Origin: an uncultured delta proteobacterium
GTDB lineage: Bacteria > Myxococcota_A > Polyangia > Haliangiales > Haliangiaceae
Direction of reading: 5' to 3'
Length of the DNA: 64,000 nucleotides
Assembly: GCA_963848295.1 (NCBI GenBank)
Contig: CAWKDB010000011.1
Coordinates: 192,001 to 256,000, forward strand
Below the pieces are notes generated by a model, which worked only from the letters and a program-made list of their open reading frames with translations, did no database searches and was not told where the DNA came from. Position 1 is the first letter of the stretch. Each line of letters opens with the position of its first letter. The position numbers were made by a program, and so were the translations under genes. Below are positions 11,080-19,854 of the stretch, one piece after another.

Positions 11080-13686
11080 ATGATCGCCGACGGGCTGGGA
11101 GTTGTCCCGTCCCTTTGGTTTACCTTGGCCGACGACGCCAGTGCGCTTTTGGTGCGGTCCGGGCTGGTGTCCACCACGGCCCTCGACGAGGCGCGCGCGC
11201 AGATCGGCGAGAATGGCGGCACACTCGGCGAACAGCTCGTCATCGACGGCACGGTCTCCGACGACGCGCTGACCGAGTTCTATAAGACGCGGCTGCTCGT
11301 CCCGCAGGTCAACCCGAACACGCTCGCCCGGCTCGCCGCGAAGGTCGTCGCCGTGATCCCGAGTCATATGGCGATCGATCTGCGCGCGATCCCGGTGTCG
11401 CTCGACGACGCCAACAACCTGACCGTCGCGATGGGCGACCCGTCGGATCGCCAAGCCGTTGACCAGATCGCGTCGTTTACCGGCGCGTACGTGGTTCGGG
11501 CGTGCGCGACCCAGATGCAGATCGCGTGGTGCCTCGCGCACTATTACGGGCATGTCACCCCGCTCGGCGAACGCCTGCTCGCCGGTCGCGCCGGCCACGA
11601 TCCGCAGCGGGTCAAGGCAGCAAAGGCCGCGGTCGCACGCACCAAGGGACTCACCGGTCAGGTCCAAGCGCAACGCCATCGCGCGATCGCGCCGGTCACC
11701 GGGCCGGTCGAGATCGTCGCCCCGCCCGTCGTCGATGTCCAGCGCCCGCCCGACGTGCACGGCGACATCGAGCCGACCGCGGTGGTCGCGGACAACGGTC
11801 CGGCCCTGGTCGACGAGACGGACGGCACGCCGCAACCCCGAGCGCGCAGCGTGTCCGGCGAGATCCGGGTGCCCCGCGCGCGCGCCGCGTCGATCAAGCC
11901 GGCAATCGAGCCCGTAAGCGACGACGAAAGCGGGCCGGTGATCTCGATCTTTGGCGAGCCAAGCGGACCGATGCGCACGCTCGAGCCGGACTCCAGCGGA
12001 CCCGTGATCGAGATGATCGTCGGCGAGCCGAGTGGGCCCGCCGCCGCGGCTGCGGCTGCGGCCGATGTCGTCGCCTCGCTCGAGGCCGACGGTGAAGACA
12101 CCGATCAGCTGCGGCCGGCACCGCCGCGCCGGACCCGCCCGGCCGAGCCCGATCCGCCGGAGCTAGCGGCGCGCCACGGCGAGGTTCAGATCGCGAGCGG
12201 CCCGACCCGCGCGGTCGACGATGAACCGCGGATCGTGATCGCGCCCGACGCGCTGCAAGATCGCACCTCGCCGGTCCCGAACCCCGAGGTGTCCGGCGAG
12301 TTCCGCGCGATCCGCCACCGCGACAGCGAGCCGCCCCCGAGCATCACGGTCGAGGTCAGCGACGACGTCAGCGCCGGTGTCGTGATCCACGAGCACCGCT
12401 CGGTCGAGTCGGTGCCGATCCTGCTCGATCGCAAGCGCCCGATGACGCTCGACCCCGATCTGCTGGAAGACGATCCCGATGACGTCGCCGAGCAAGAGGA
12501 TGACGATGAAGTCGTCGTGCTCGAGACGAAAAAGCCAGCCGCACTGGCGACCGGCCGGCCGCGGCTCGAGCGCCGCACCCAGATCGGCGTGGCTGTCGCG
12601 AGCTCGGCCGCGGGGCGCGCGGTCCGCGACACCGAAGCGACCCCGGCGGTCGGCGAAGATGCCGATCCGACGCGCGTCGACACCAGCGTCGCGCCCACAG
12701 CGGACGAGCGCACGACCTCGGACGAGATCCTCGCCGCCCCGCCGGGCCCGATCTTCGACGACGACACCGAGCCGGTCGAGGCGATCGGCCAGGCGCCACC
12801 GCCGATTCCGATGGACCGGGTCGTACCGCGCGCACCGAGCACCGGCGACGACGACGATGATGACGACGACGGTGACGTGCGCGAACGCGGCAAGCCGACC
12901 GCCGTGATGTCGGCGGTCGAGCTCGACTCGGTGATCCCACAGCGCACGACCGCGACGACCCAGTTGCAGCGCAGCGTCGACTACGATCCGGTCGACGACG
13001 GCTGGGGGCCACCCGGCACGACGATCCCACCCCCGCTGCTCGGCGCGATTCCCGGCAGCATGGCTGGCGGTTCGGCGTCGGGGATCATCCCGGTGCCCGA
13101 CATCGACTCGGCGCCGCTGATGATCGCGCCACCCGCGCCACCCGAAGCGATGCGCGCCGCGGGCGCTAGCGACGCCTCGGCGCTCGGCCTGGTCCGCGCG
13201 CTCGAAGAGGCGACGGCGCGCACGCTCGCGTTGATCCACGCGCTCGATCAGGCCGAGACCCGCGACGAGGTCATCGAGCTGATGATCGATCACCTCGCCG
13301 AGACGCATCGCCGCGCCGGGTTCTTCTCGATCAAGGGCCCGAGCCATGGCGGCGAGCTGTCGTTGTTCGCGATGGAGCCGCGACCGGCCGTGCAGCCGTC
13401 GATCTCGCTGCGGCTCGATCGCCCATCGACGTTGCAAGATGTCGTCGGCACCCGGTTGCCGTATCGCGGGCCGATGCACGACGACGCGAGCCGGACGTTC
13501 CTCGGCTCGGTGCTCGGCGCGTGCCCGCCCGAGATCCTGCTCGTGCCGGTCGCGATCCGCGAGCGCGTCGTCGGCGTGTTGTTCGGCGAGCATCGCATGC
13601 GCCACACGTTCGACGATCAGCTCGCGCTCGCCGCGCGCGCGGCCGGCATGGCGCTCGAGCGCGCGCTCAAGTCGAAGCGCGGCTAA
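11080..13686 (+). CDS. GspE/PilB N-terminal (MshEN/T2SSE_N-like) domain protein with a long acidic linker and C-terminal GAF-like domain (FrgA-like); true start probably slightly downstream
   Basis: LLVRSGLVS...TLGEQLV; IPSHMAIDLRAIPV...LTVAMGDPSD; C-terminal LLVPVAIRERVVGVLFGE. Confidence 0.75.
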   Translation: MIADGLGVVPSLWFTLADDASALLVRSGLVSTTALDEARAQIGENGGTLGEQLVIDGTVSDDALTEFYKTRLLVPQVNPNTLARLAAKVVAVIPSHMAIDLRAIPVSLDDANNLTVAMGDPSDRQAVDQIASFTGAYVVRACATQMQIAWCLAHYYGHVTPLGERLLAGRAGHDPQRVKAAKAAVARTKGLTGQVQAQRHRAIAPVTGPVEIVAPPVVDVQRPPDVHGDIEPTAVVADNGPALVDETDGTPQPRARSVSGEIRVPRARAASIKPAIEPVSDDESGPVISIFGEPSGPMRTLEPDSSGPVIEMIVGEPSGPAAAAAAAADVVASLEADGEDTDQLRPAPPRRTRPAEPDPPELAARHGEVQIASGPTRAVDDEPRIVIAPDALQDRTSPVPNPEVSGEFRAIRHRDSEPPPSITVEVSDDVSAGVVIHEHRSVESVPILLDRKRPMTLDPDLLEDDPDDVAEQEDDDEVVVLETKKPAALATGRPRLERRTQIGVAVASSAAGRAVRDTEATPAVGEDADPTRVDTSVAPTADERTTSDEILAAPPGPIFDDDTEPVEAIGQAPPPIPMDRVVPRAPSTGDDDDDDDDGDVRERGKPTAVMSAVELDSVIPQRTTATTQLQRSVDYDPVDDGWGPPGTTIPPPLLGAIPGSMAGGSASGIIPVPDIDSAPLMIAPPAPPEAMRAAGASDASALGLVRALEEATARTLALIHALDQAETRDEVIELMIDHLAETHRRAGFFSIKGPSHGGELSLFAMEPRPAVQPSISLRLDRPSTLQDVVGTRLPYRGPMHDDASRTFLGSVLGACPPEILLVPVAIRERVVGVLFGEHRMRHTFDDQLALAARAAGMALERALKSKRG

Positions 13687-13716
13687 TCCTTGGGCCGAGG
13701 GCCCCCGTTCACGGGG

Positions 13717-15147
13717 CTATTTCTTTAGCTTCGCGTCGAGCTCGCGGAACCTGCGCTCGGCGGTGTCCTTGAGCGCGGCCCATAGCGCGGGAAATGCGCC
13801 GGCCAGCTCGTAGAGCTCGCGCGCTGCCAGCGCGAGCAGCTCGCAATCGAACGCGGCGACGACCTTGATCGCCGACGGCTGGCGCGCGAGCAGTGCAGCC
13901 GCGCCGACGTAATCTCCGTCGGTGAGCGGCTCGAGCTCGATCAGCGAACCGTCGGGCCGGTCGACCCGGATCGACAGCGTTCCGCTGATCACGACGAAGA
14001 ACGAATGGTTCGTCTCGCCTTGCCGGATCACGACCGTCCCGGCGCGCACGCGGCGCGCTTCGAACCGAGCCAGCACCGCCGAGCGCTTGTCCGCCGGGAT
14101 CTTCGCGAAGAACGGCCCGGTCAGCGGGTTGTCTTGCAGCGCGCGCGGCTGCGTGCGATCGCCATCGTCGGGCACGTCGCCGGTGATGTCGCCCGAGATG
14201 TCGCCCGACGACTCGCTCGCTAGATCGACGGGCTCGGTCGGCGTCGCCGGTCGCGTCCAGCCCGGAAGGCGCGGCGGAGGCGTCGGCAGATCGTCGAGGT
14301 CGTCGAACCGCGGGGTCTCGGCGCCGTCGGGACCGAGCAGCCCCGAGATCCGCCGCGCGGCTTGAGCGAGCCCGGTGACCTGCGCGCGCCGGAGGTCGGC
14401 GCCCGGCCGCGTCTGCGCGCCCTCTACCACGGGCAAGTCATCGGGATCGAGGGCCGGGACCTGCGCCCCGCCCTCAGCACCGCCGAATGGCGGCGCGGTT
14501 AGATCGCCCCCGGGGACCTGCGCCCGGCCCTCAGCGCCGCCGAATGGCGGCGCGGTCAGGTCAACCCGCTCGCGCCCCGCCGTCGGATCGTAGACATGAT
14601 GCGGCACCGCCTTCGGCAGCGGCGTGGTCTCGCCCGACGGTGGCGCCTTCCCTCCCGCCGGCAGCGGCACCGAGGGGCGCATCGAAGGACGCGGCGCGGG
14701 CGCGGGCACCGGCACCGACGGACGCGACGGCCGGGGTGCTGCCATCGGCGGAACGCTCGATGCCTTCGGCTGCCGCGGACCGGCTCCCGTGCCGGTCGCG
14801 ACGCTGCGTTCGTCGCTGCCGTCCGGCATCTCGCGCGGCGGCGGCGTCCCGGCTTCCATCTCGACCGCGGCGGGCGGCGCCTCTTGGCTCGCGACGAGCT
14901 CGGCGAGCAACGCCTGGCAACCGAGGTCGCCCGGTGCGATCTCGAGCACCGCCCGGCAGACGACGAGCGCCTGGTGGGTCCGGCCTTGATCGCGATATGC
15001 AACCGCGACCGAGCGATAGAGCTCGACCCCATCGCCGTTGCGCCCGGCCTCGCACAGAGCGCCGGCGAGCGCCACACGCAGGCCGAGGTTGTCCGGCTCC
15101 TTGGCGAGCCGCTTCTCGAGATCGCGCAGCTTCGCCGCGCGGCTCAC
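13717..15147 (-). CDS. TPR-like N-terminus, Pro-rich linker and C-terminal cyclic-nucleotide-binding domain
   Basis: GTG 15147 (GTGA overlap). VVIRQGETNHSFFVVISG...GDYVGAAALL...SAIKVVA. Confidence 0.8.
   Translation of the reverse strand: MSRAAKLRDLEKRLAKEPDNLGLRVALAGALCEAGRNGDGVELYRSVAVAYRDQGRTHQALVVCRAVLEIAPGDLGCQALLAELVASQEAPPAAVEMEAGTPPPREMPDGSDERSVATGTGAGPRQPKASSVPPMAAPRPSRPSVPVPAPAPRPSMRPSVPLPAGGKAPPSGETTPLPKAVPHHVYDPTAGRERVDLTAPPFGGAEGRAQVPGGDLTAPPFGGAEGGAQVPALDPDDLPVVEGAQTRPGADLRRAQVTGLAQAARRISGLLGPDGAETPRFDDLDDLPTPPPRLPGWTRPATPTEPVDLASESSGDISGDITGDVPDDGDRTQPRALQDNPLTGPFFAKIPADKRSAVLARFEARRVRAGTVVIRQGETNHSFFVVISGTLSIRVDRPDGSLIELEPLTDGDYVGAAALLARQPSAIKVVAAFDCELLALAARELYELAGAFPALWAALKDTAERRFRELDAKLKK
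14456..14562 (+). repeat. Two tandem copies (57-bp period) of an intragenic palindromic element
   Basis: GGGACCTGCGCCC(C/G)GCCCTCAGC(A/G)CCGCCGAATGGCGGCGCGGT(T/C)AG twice. Encodes DLTAPPFGGAEG(R/G)AQVP twice. Confidence 0.9.
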
Positions 15148-15728
15148 GACGGCGTCAGTGACACCTGCGCTCTGAACGTCATCGCGGGCGAGTTTTGCGG
15201 CAACGACCACTTGGCCGCGAGATCCTTCATGCAGCTATCGAACTTGTCGTTGATCGGCGGGTTGAAGGCCGCCTGCTGATAGGCGCCGGTGCCCGAGAAG
15301 CTCGCCGACACGGTGAGCGTCACGGTCCTGGCCTGCAGGCTCGTATCGGTCTTGAGCGCGTGCTCGTAGCACTTCTGGATGCTGCCGCGCGATTTCTGCA
15401 CGAGGTTGACGAACAGCTTCGACGCGGCGGCGGTGACCTTGTCGTCGACCGGCGGCGCCGCCGAGCCAGGCTTCGGCGGATGAACGGTGAGCGTGTTGCC
15501 CTCGATCGACACCACGATCTCGGCGCCCGACCCGGCTTTGCGCATCAGGTCGGCGTTCTCCTCGACGAGCTCGGCGATCCGGCTGTCCTTGGCCTTCTTG
15601 TCCTCGTTGCAAGCGTCGAGATCGGTTTGGGTCTTCGGATCGGGTTTGTACTTGGTCTCGCCCTTACAAGCGGCGAACCCCACAACTCCCGAGACGACGA
15701 TGGCGATGGCTGCACGCGTCCGCATCAT
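15144..15728 (-). CDS. Lipoprotein with a coiled coil and AgmX/PglI C-terminal domain
   Basis: Lipobox FAAC; SRGSIQKCYEHALKTDTSLQ...FDSCMKDLAAKWSLP. Confidence 0.75.
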   Translation of the reverse strand: MMRTRAAIAIVVSGVVGFAACKGETKYKPDPKTQTDLDACNEDKKAKDSRIAELVEENADLMRKAGSGAEIVVSIEGNTLTVHPPKPGSAAPPVDDKVTAAASKLFVNLVQKSRGSIQKCYEHALKTDTSLQARTVTLTVSASFSGTGAYQQAAFNPPINDKFDSCMKDLAAKWSLPQNSPAMTFRAQVSLTPS

Positions 15729-15730
15729 AG

Positions 15731-16135
15731 TTAGCGATCTTTCTGTCTGGATCCTAAGGGGTCCGACGGATGGATGCCAGGGAGCTCGACCAGCTCCCGC
15801 ACGATCTGGCCACCTGAGACGTGTTGACGAACGACACGTTCCACCCTCTCCGCATCGACCCGATTATACAAAGCTGTAGCGCCGCGAGGGCCCGGGAGCG
15901 TCGCAAAGCCGGTGCCGATCGTAGGGGCCCCCCCCACGGTGATCTCGCGAACGAGCACGTTCGGGCCTTGCGTGCAACGGCCGAAACAGCTCTGCCAGGC
16001 CAGCTCGGTGCGCTCGTGCAGCCGATTCGCGTCGATCGCCGTGCGAAATAGCTCGTGGAGCACGGCAGAGCCACGCCGGTCGCCGCATTCGGGGCCCCGG
16101 CAAATGACGATCCGATAGCGACGGCCCCCCGACAC
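15731..16135 (-). CDS. Thioredoxin-like [2Fe-2S] ferredoxin
   Basis: CRGPEC and CFGRCTQGPN Cys pattern, LYNRVD...VVRQHV. Start approximate (GTG 16135). Confidence 0.8.
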   Translation of the reverse strand: MSGGRRYRIVICRGPECGDRRGSAVLHELFRTAIDANRLHERTELAWQSCFGRCTQGPNVLVREITVGGAPTIGTGFATLPGPRGATALYNRVDAERVERVVRQHVSGGQIVRELVELPGIHPSDPLGSRQKDR

Positions 16136-16175
16136 CGATCGAGCCTGACGGCGGAACCGACGACTGTCAACTATG

Positions 16176-17966
16176 TCATTCCACGAGCGCGTCGTTGATC
16201 GCGGTGACGAGGCTCGGCACGGTGCGTGGATCGAGCGCGATCTGATGCAGGAGCTCGTGCTCTGCCGGGCCGCCGTGATCGACGAGCGCCCGCACGATCG
16301 CGCGATCCCAGCCGGCGTCGCCGGCGATCTCGTCATCGGAGTGGTACAGCAGCACGTGCGAGGTCAGCGCCGCACGCTCTGTGCCGCCGCCGATCGCGGC
16401 GAGCGCGTCGATGACGAGCACGAGATCGGGAATCGGCGTGGTCGGTGCGTCGAGGTGGCTCTCCAAGCCCGAGACCGCTGCGGCGACGTCGACCGGATCG
16501 AGCGGCGCCGCGCCGATGCCCGCGATCGCCTTCGCGACCGGGCCGAGCGACTCGGGCTGGGTCTTCGCGAGGTAATCGGCTTGGGTCAACAGCTGCGCGG
16601 TCAGCACGGGCAGGCTCGACGGATCCTTGCGCTTCACGATCAGGTCGACGACGTCATCCTTGAGCGCGAGCGGGGCCCGATCATCGGCGAGGATCGCGAG
16701 CAGCTGGGTGGTGACCTCGGGACCGGGCAGCTTCGCGAGCGTCGCGACCGCGAGCTCCTTGACCCGCTCGAACCGCGCATCGTGATCGCGCGCGATCTCG
16801 ACGAGCGCGGTCAGCGTCTTCGCCGGCTTCGCGTCTCCCGGTGGCGACCAGCCGTCGGCATCGAACGTCGCGCCGAGCACCGGTGCGGTCGTGCCGAGCG
16901 AGAGCTCCTGGCGCACGCCGCCGGTCTTCGGGTCGAGCTCGACGATATCGCCGTTCGCCGCGACCGCGAGGATCGCCGCACCCGTGTGCGCGCTCGCGAT
17001 CAGCTCGATCCTGGGGTGGTCGTACGCCCAGGTCAGCGCGCCCGTCTTGTCGAAGCCGAACACGTAGCGAAAGTACGCGATCGCGTAACCGCCGCCGGCG
17101 AACTTCATCGGGCCTGTATCGGTCGGCTCGGTCGCCCACAACACGCGTGCGCGATCGTTCGCGCTGTAGGTCGCATCGATCGGGTCGTACATGTCGCGGC
17201 CGTAGCTCGCGCGATCGAGCTGGGGCGGGATCGTGACCTTGCCGTAGGTCGCGCCTTCGCGTGTGCCGGCGACGCTGCGCGCATCGAGCTCGAACACGCC
17301 TTGCTTCGAGCCGTAGTAAGCGACGCGGCTCGTCACCCGCAGCGTCGAGATCTGCTGGTCGATGCCGCGCAAACGCGCGAGCTGGGCGCCGGTCTTGCCG
17401 TCGAGGATCGACAGCCACTGCTCGAGGTACGGCACGTAGACAATGCCGCCCTGCGCCGCGGGGGCGCCGAGCTTGCCGGCCGAGCTCACCTTCCACTCGC
17501 GGTTGCCGCTCGAGCCGTCGAACGCCGCGATCGTGTAGCTCGCGCCGTCGTGCCACACCGCGTACGCGCGATCGCGATCCGCCGCCGCGCCGACCAGCTC
17601 GCCACCCAGGCTCACCTTCCAGCGCACGTCGCCGCGGCTCTGATCGCGCGCCACGAGCTGCTGCGCCTCGACCTCGATGATGAAGTTGCCTCCGACCCAG
17701 ATCCGCGACTGGACCTCGGCGTTGGCCTTCCACAGCCGCGCGCCGGCCGCGAGATCGAACGCCACGATCGACTTCGGGCTGGTCGCTTGCACCGCGAACA
17801 CCCGAGGCTTCTGCCAGCCGTTGACCGGCGATGGCGATGGCGGCAGCTCGCGATGCGCGAGCGCCGCGGACAGGGCACCGCGATCGTTGTCGGTCATCGC
17901 CGACAGCGAGAACACGCCTGGACCGCCGCACGCGACCAGCGCGACGGCCACGATCGCGCGGTTCAC
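16176..17966 (-). CDS. Lipoprotein with a PQQ-like beta-propeller and C-terminal HEAT-like repeats
   Basis: GTG 17966, lipobox LVAC, repeated AFDxxxGxxxW motifs, helical C-terminus. Confidence 0.8.
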   Translation of the reverse strand: MNRAIVAVALVACGGPGVFSLSAMTDNDRGALSAALAHRELPPSPSPVNGWQKPRVFAVQATSPKSIVAFDLAAGARLWKANAEVQSRIWVGGNFIIEVEAQQLVARDQSRGDVRWKVSLGGELVGAAADRDRAYAVWHDGASYTIAAFDGSSGNREWKVSSAGKLGAPAAQGGIVYVPYLEQWLSILDGKTGAQLARLRGIDQQISTLRVTSRVAYYGSKQGVFELDARSVAGTREGATYGKVTIPPQLDRASYGRDMYDPIDATYSANDRARVLWATEPTDTGPMKFAGGGYAIAYFRYVFGFDKTGALTWAYDHPRIELIASAHTGAAILAVAANGDIVELDPKTGGVRQELSLGTTAPVLGATFDADGWSPPGDAKPAKTLTALVEIARDHDARFERVKELAVATLAKLPGPEVTTQLLAILADDRAPLALKDDVVDLIVKRKDPSSLPVLTAQLLTQADYLAKTQPESLGPVAKAIAGIGAAPLDPVDVAAAVSGLESHLDAPTTPIPDLVLVIDALAAIGGGTERAALTSHVLLYHSDDEIAGDAGWDRAIVRALVDHGGPAEHELLHQIALDPRTVPSLVTAINDALVE

Positions 17967-18778
17967 TTCGCACCTCCGAGTCGCGCGTCGAGCACCTTCT
18001 GCGCCGCTTTGCGCGATTCGCGCGGTGGCGCCTTCGGTGCACCGTCGACGTACTGAGTCAGCTGATCGATCGCGGCGGCGTCGGAGATCTTGGCGATCGC
18101 CCCCACGACGTCGACGCGGGCCGAGTCCGGTCCGAAATCGGGCCGGCGCAGGACGAGCCCGAGGCATTCGGCGAGCAAGGGATCCGGCGCCTTGCCGAGG
18201 TGATCGCCGATGCGACGAGCCAGGTCCGGATCGGCGAGCTCGGCGAGGGCTTTGGCCGCTGGCTCCTCACCGAGATCGAGCAACGCGAACAGCGGATCGT
18301 ACGCCTCGCGCACGCGGCCCTTGGCAGCCGCGCTCGCCGCCTGCGCGCGGACGATGCCCGTCGGATCGTGCAAGCCAGCGACGATCGCAGCGTGCGCGAG
18401 CGGATCGGGATACGCCGCCAGTGCGTCGAGCGCCGCGCCGCGCACGGAGGGGTCCTGATGCCCGGCGTAGCGCCGGAGCGCCGCGACATCGGCCGGTGCG
18501 GGGTGCGCGACCAGCGAGAGCATCGCGGGGACCGCGACCGCCGGAGCGAGCCCGAACGCGAGCGCGTCGAGCAGCGCCTCGTGTGCCGCCGGATCGGGCG
18601 TTTCGGCGAGCGCATCGGCCGCTCGCTCGGCGAGCTCCGCATCGGTCCCCGACAGCGTCGCCGCGACTCGCGCGACATCGATCTTGGCCACCTTGGCGTG
18701 CACCGGCTTCGGCGCCGCACCGGCTGTCGAACCCGCACACATGAAGACCACGGCGTGTGCCCAGGAGATCCGCGTCAT
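17963..18778 (-). CDS. Secreted HEAT-repeat protein
   Basis: Signal-like N-terminus; DPSVRGAALDAL and DPTGIVRAQAASA repeats. Confidence 0.75.
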   Translation of the reverse strand: MTRISWAHAVVFMCAGSTAGAAPKPVHAKVAKIDVARVAATLSGTDAELAERAADALAETPDPAAHEALLDALAFGLAPAVAVPAMLSLVAHPAPADVAALRRYAGHQDPSVRGAALDALAAYPDPLAHAAIVAGLHDPTGIVRAQAASAAAKGRVREAYDPLFALLDLGEEPAAKALAELADPDLARRIGDHLGKAPDPLLAECLGLVLRRPDFGPDSARVDVVGAIAKISDAAAIDQLTQYVDGAPKAPPRESRKAAQKVLDARLGGAK

Positions 18779-18852
18779 AGCGAGCGTCGTACCTAAAACG
18801 GGGTCGCGCCGCAACTTCAGGCGAGACGCGTACGTTATACACGGCCTCGCCC

Positions 18853-19662
18853 GTGGATCCCGCCGTTCTGTCGATCCTCGCCTGCCCGCGCTGTCGCGTC
18901 GCCGCGCCGTTTGCTGACTTGCGCCACCCGCGCTGCAAGTCGTGCGGGCTCGAGCCGGCGCACACCGCCGCAAACGTCCTCGACTTGATCGACGTCGGCG
19001 CCGGTGAGCCGACGCCCGCGAACACCGAGCAGCGGCTGATGGAGAGCGACCTCGTCGCGCGCGTCTATGACCGGGTGTGGCGGCCCCTGTTTGTTCGGCT
19101 CCTCGCCGGCAAGGGCGCCGGCGCGTCGGTCGGTGGGCTGTCCGGCGAGCTGTTCATTCACAAGCACAGCCTGGCGCTCGACGATCGGCCCGGCCCGTGG
19201 CTCGACCTGTCGTGTGGTCCCGGCGCGTTCGCTCGTGCGCTCGCCGCCGCGGCGCCGGGTGCGCTGGTCGTCGGCCTCGACATCTCGCGCGCGATGCTCG
19301 ACGTCGCGGCGCAGCGCACCGGCGGCTACACGAATGTCGTGCTCGTGCGCGGCGACGCCCACGCGCTGCCGTTCATCGATGGCGCGTTCGGCGGGGTCAA
19401 CAACGCGGGGGCGCTCCACGCCTACGACGACCCCGAGCTCGTGTTCCGCGAGATCCACCGCGTGCTTCGCCCGGGTGGGCTCTACGTCGGCTCGACGTTC
19501 GCGGAAGCGCCGTCGTTGCTCGGCCGGCTCGCCGCGCGCGCCGCCGGCATCCGCCGCTTCGATCCCGGCGAGCTGCGCGCCTGGTTGCAGCGCATCGGTT
19601 TTCACGACTACGAAGACGTGCGCCTCGGCGGTGCGCTCGTGTTCCGCGCCCGCCGGCCTTAG
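18853..19662 (+). CDS. Class I SAM-dependent methyltransferase with an N-terminal Trm112-like Zn ribbon
   Basis: ILACPRC...[38 protein letters not shown]. Confidence 0.88.
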   Translation: MDPAVLSILACPRCRVAAPFADLRHPRCKSCGLEPAHTAANVLDLIDVGAGEPTPANTEQRLMESDLVARVYDRVWRPLFVRLLAGKGAGASVGGLSGELFIHKHSLALDDRPGPWLDLSCGPGAFARALAAAAPGALVVGLDISRAMLDVAAQRTGGYTNVVLVRGDAHALPFIDGAFGGVNNAGALHAYDDPELVFREIHRVLRPGGLYVGSTFAEAPSLLGRLAARAAGIRRFDPGELRAWLQRIGFHDYEDVRLGGALVFRARRP

Positions 19663-19854
19663 GCCGCGCTCGCGTAGCCGCCGCGCCCGCCGGCCTTAGG
19701 CCGCGCTCGCGTAGCCGCCGCGCCCGCCGGCCTTAGAACGCGCTCGCGTAGCCGCCGCGCCCGCCGGCCTTAGGCCGCGCTCGCGTAGCCGCCGCGCCCG
19801 CCGGCCTTAGAACGCGCTCGCGTAGCCGCCGCGCCCGCCGGCCTTAGAACGCGC
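19644..19854. repeat. 37-bp tandem repeat, about 5.7 units, between convergent genes
   Basis: Unit CCGCGCCCGCCGGCCTTAG(GC/AA)CGCGCTCGCGTAGCCG starts at 19644, 19681, 19718, 19755, 19792, with a partial unit at 19829. Confidence 0.95.

Noticed and set aside
19644..19854. CRISPR array
   Set aside because: The 37-bp units are directly adjacent with no unique spacers, and there are no cas genes in the window.
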